Origin: Wallemia ichthyophaga EXF-994
Lineage: Eukaryota; Fungi; Basidiomycota
Direction of reading: 5' to 3'
DNA: 62,000 bases
Assembly (NCBI RefSeq): GCF_000400465.1
Contig: NW_008806282.1
Coordinates: forward strand, 360,001-422,000
Shown here: piece by piece, positions 61,301 to 62,000 of the stretch
Layout: the number at the start of each line of letters is the position of its first letter
Position numbering within the stretch: the first letter of the stretch is position 1
Translations under genes and position numbers: made by a program
Notes under the pieces: model-generated
Databases searched by the model: none
What the model saw: the letters and a program-made list of their open reading frames with translations, nothing else
Told to the model about the DNA's origin: nothing

Positions 61301-61362
61301 CCAAGCAATCCAAGCAATCCAAGCAATCCAACCAAGCGTTATCAAGCGTTATCAAGCGTTAT
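61301..61362. repeat. Adjacent short tandem repeats (ccaagcaat x3; caagcgttat x3)
   Basis: Read directly from the intergenic region between the H2B and GCD6 3' ends. Confidence 0.9.
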
Positions 61363-61407
61363 CAATGTTTTTGCTGTATAATGCATTTCCATATATCGTA
61401 CACGTGT

Positions 61408-62000
61408 TTACTCGCTCTCACTCTCCTCACTCTCGCTCTCCGCTTCGAGCAATGCCTCGATGAATCTTCTCGACTTATCCCACAACGACTTAATCCCTCC
61501 ATCTGCCCTTGCCTGATCGAGTTTGTACCACGCGAAGAAGGCGTCCTCTGTAACGATTTCGTATTCGTAGAGAGCCCTCAACACGGCGAGGAAGATGTTT
61601 GCATGAGAAGCGTGGTGGATAGCGCAGAACTGCTGTGCTAATAGGACAGTGTGTGTCTGGTCCTCCTTGGTCATTTCGACGACGAGCGGCGCCCACCTGC
61701 CCAGCACATCTTCGACAGCCTTGTACGCCTGCACACCCTCACCAGCCTCCGTCTCCACCTTGCTGAGACAGAAGTCTACTACCACCTTGCGCACCTCCCC
61801 GAGAGGCACATTAGACGCCATGCGTAGTGTCTTCAACTCGATCGCGGCGTTCTCGGATGTGTGGCCCTCTTCGAATGCCCGCTCGAGGGACTGCGTGCAC
61901 TCGTGGGCAAAGTCAGCCGCGGCGCCAACTTTGCCGGCGTTTTCGAGCGTAAGGTTGTCAGTGGCGTGGTGGAGCTCGTCGTCGTCCTCCTCACTCTCGT
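61408..62000 (-). CDS. GCD6: eIF2B epsilon subunit, C-terminal W2 domain (5' part outside the window)
   Basis: DFAHECTQSLERAFEEGHTSENAAIELKTLRMASNV, LYEYEIVTEDAFFAWY, acidic tail AESESEESESE*. Confidence 0.9.
   Translation of the reverse strand, partial: ESEEDDDELHHATDNLTLENAGKVGAAADFAHECTQSLERAFEEGHTSENAAIELKTLRMASNVPLGEVRKVVVDFCLSKVETEAGEGVQAYKAVEDVLGRWAPLVVEMTKEDQTHTVLLAQQFCAIHHASHANIFLAVLRALYEYEIVTEDAFFAWYKLDQARADGGIKSLWDKSRRFIEALLEAESESEESESE

Noticed and set aside
1-62000. tRNA, rRNA or telomerase-template sequences
   Set aside because: None recognised by eye; tRNAscan-SE and Infernal would be needed to exclude them.

Overview
Eukaryotic DNA from a very compact fungal genome: about 40 genes in 62 kb, introns mostly ~45-55 nt with GTRAGT/CTAAC/YAG signals. 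It is most consistent with a Wallemia-like basidiomycete (inferred from architecture and protein style, not from a search). Most of the window is housekeeping: NUF2, PIG-X, HEM14, STT4, KIC1-like kinase, RPS20, UPF2, RhoGEF, YJU2, VPS23, SNF4, ATP5, EXO84, TIM17, Clr4/DIM-5-like SET, CUS2, TRP4, inositol 5-phosphatase, FSF1, CIA2, UPF3, RPN7, GCD1, UTP13, H2A/H2B and the 3' end of GCD6. Four things stand out. (1) A fatty-acid dioxygenase (Ppo/LDS-type) lacks the C-terminal P450 domain entirely and is divergently paired with a heme-thiolate peroxygenase carrying a predicted ER anchor, a candidate split oxylipin module. (2) An AT-rich island (~28.9-33.5 kb) holds four intact paralogues plus one pseudogene of an unrecognised secreted 10-Cys protein family, mostly invisible in the ORF track because of a conserved intron. 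(3) An intronic dual-guide box C/D snoRNA sits in a host transcript divergent from RPS20. (4) Several divergent gene pairs have start codons only about 18-34 nt apart. Gene ends and splice sites were read by eye; no database search was run.
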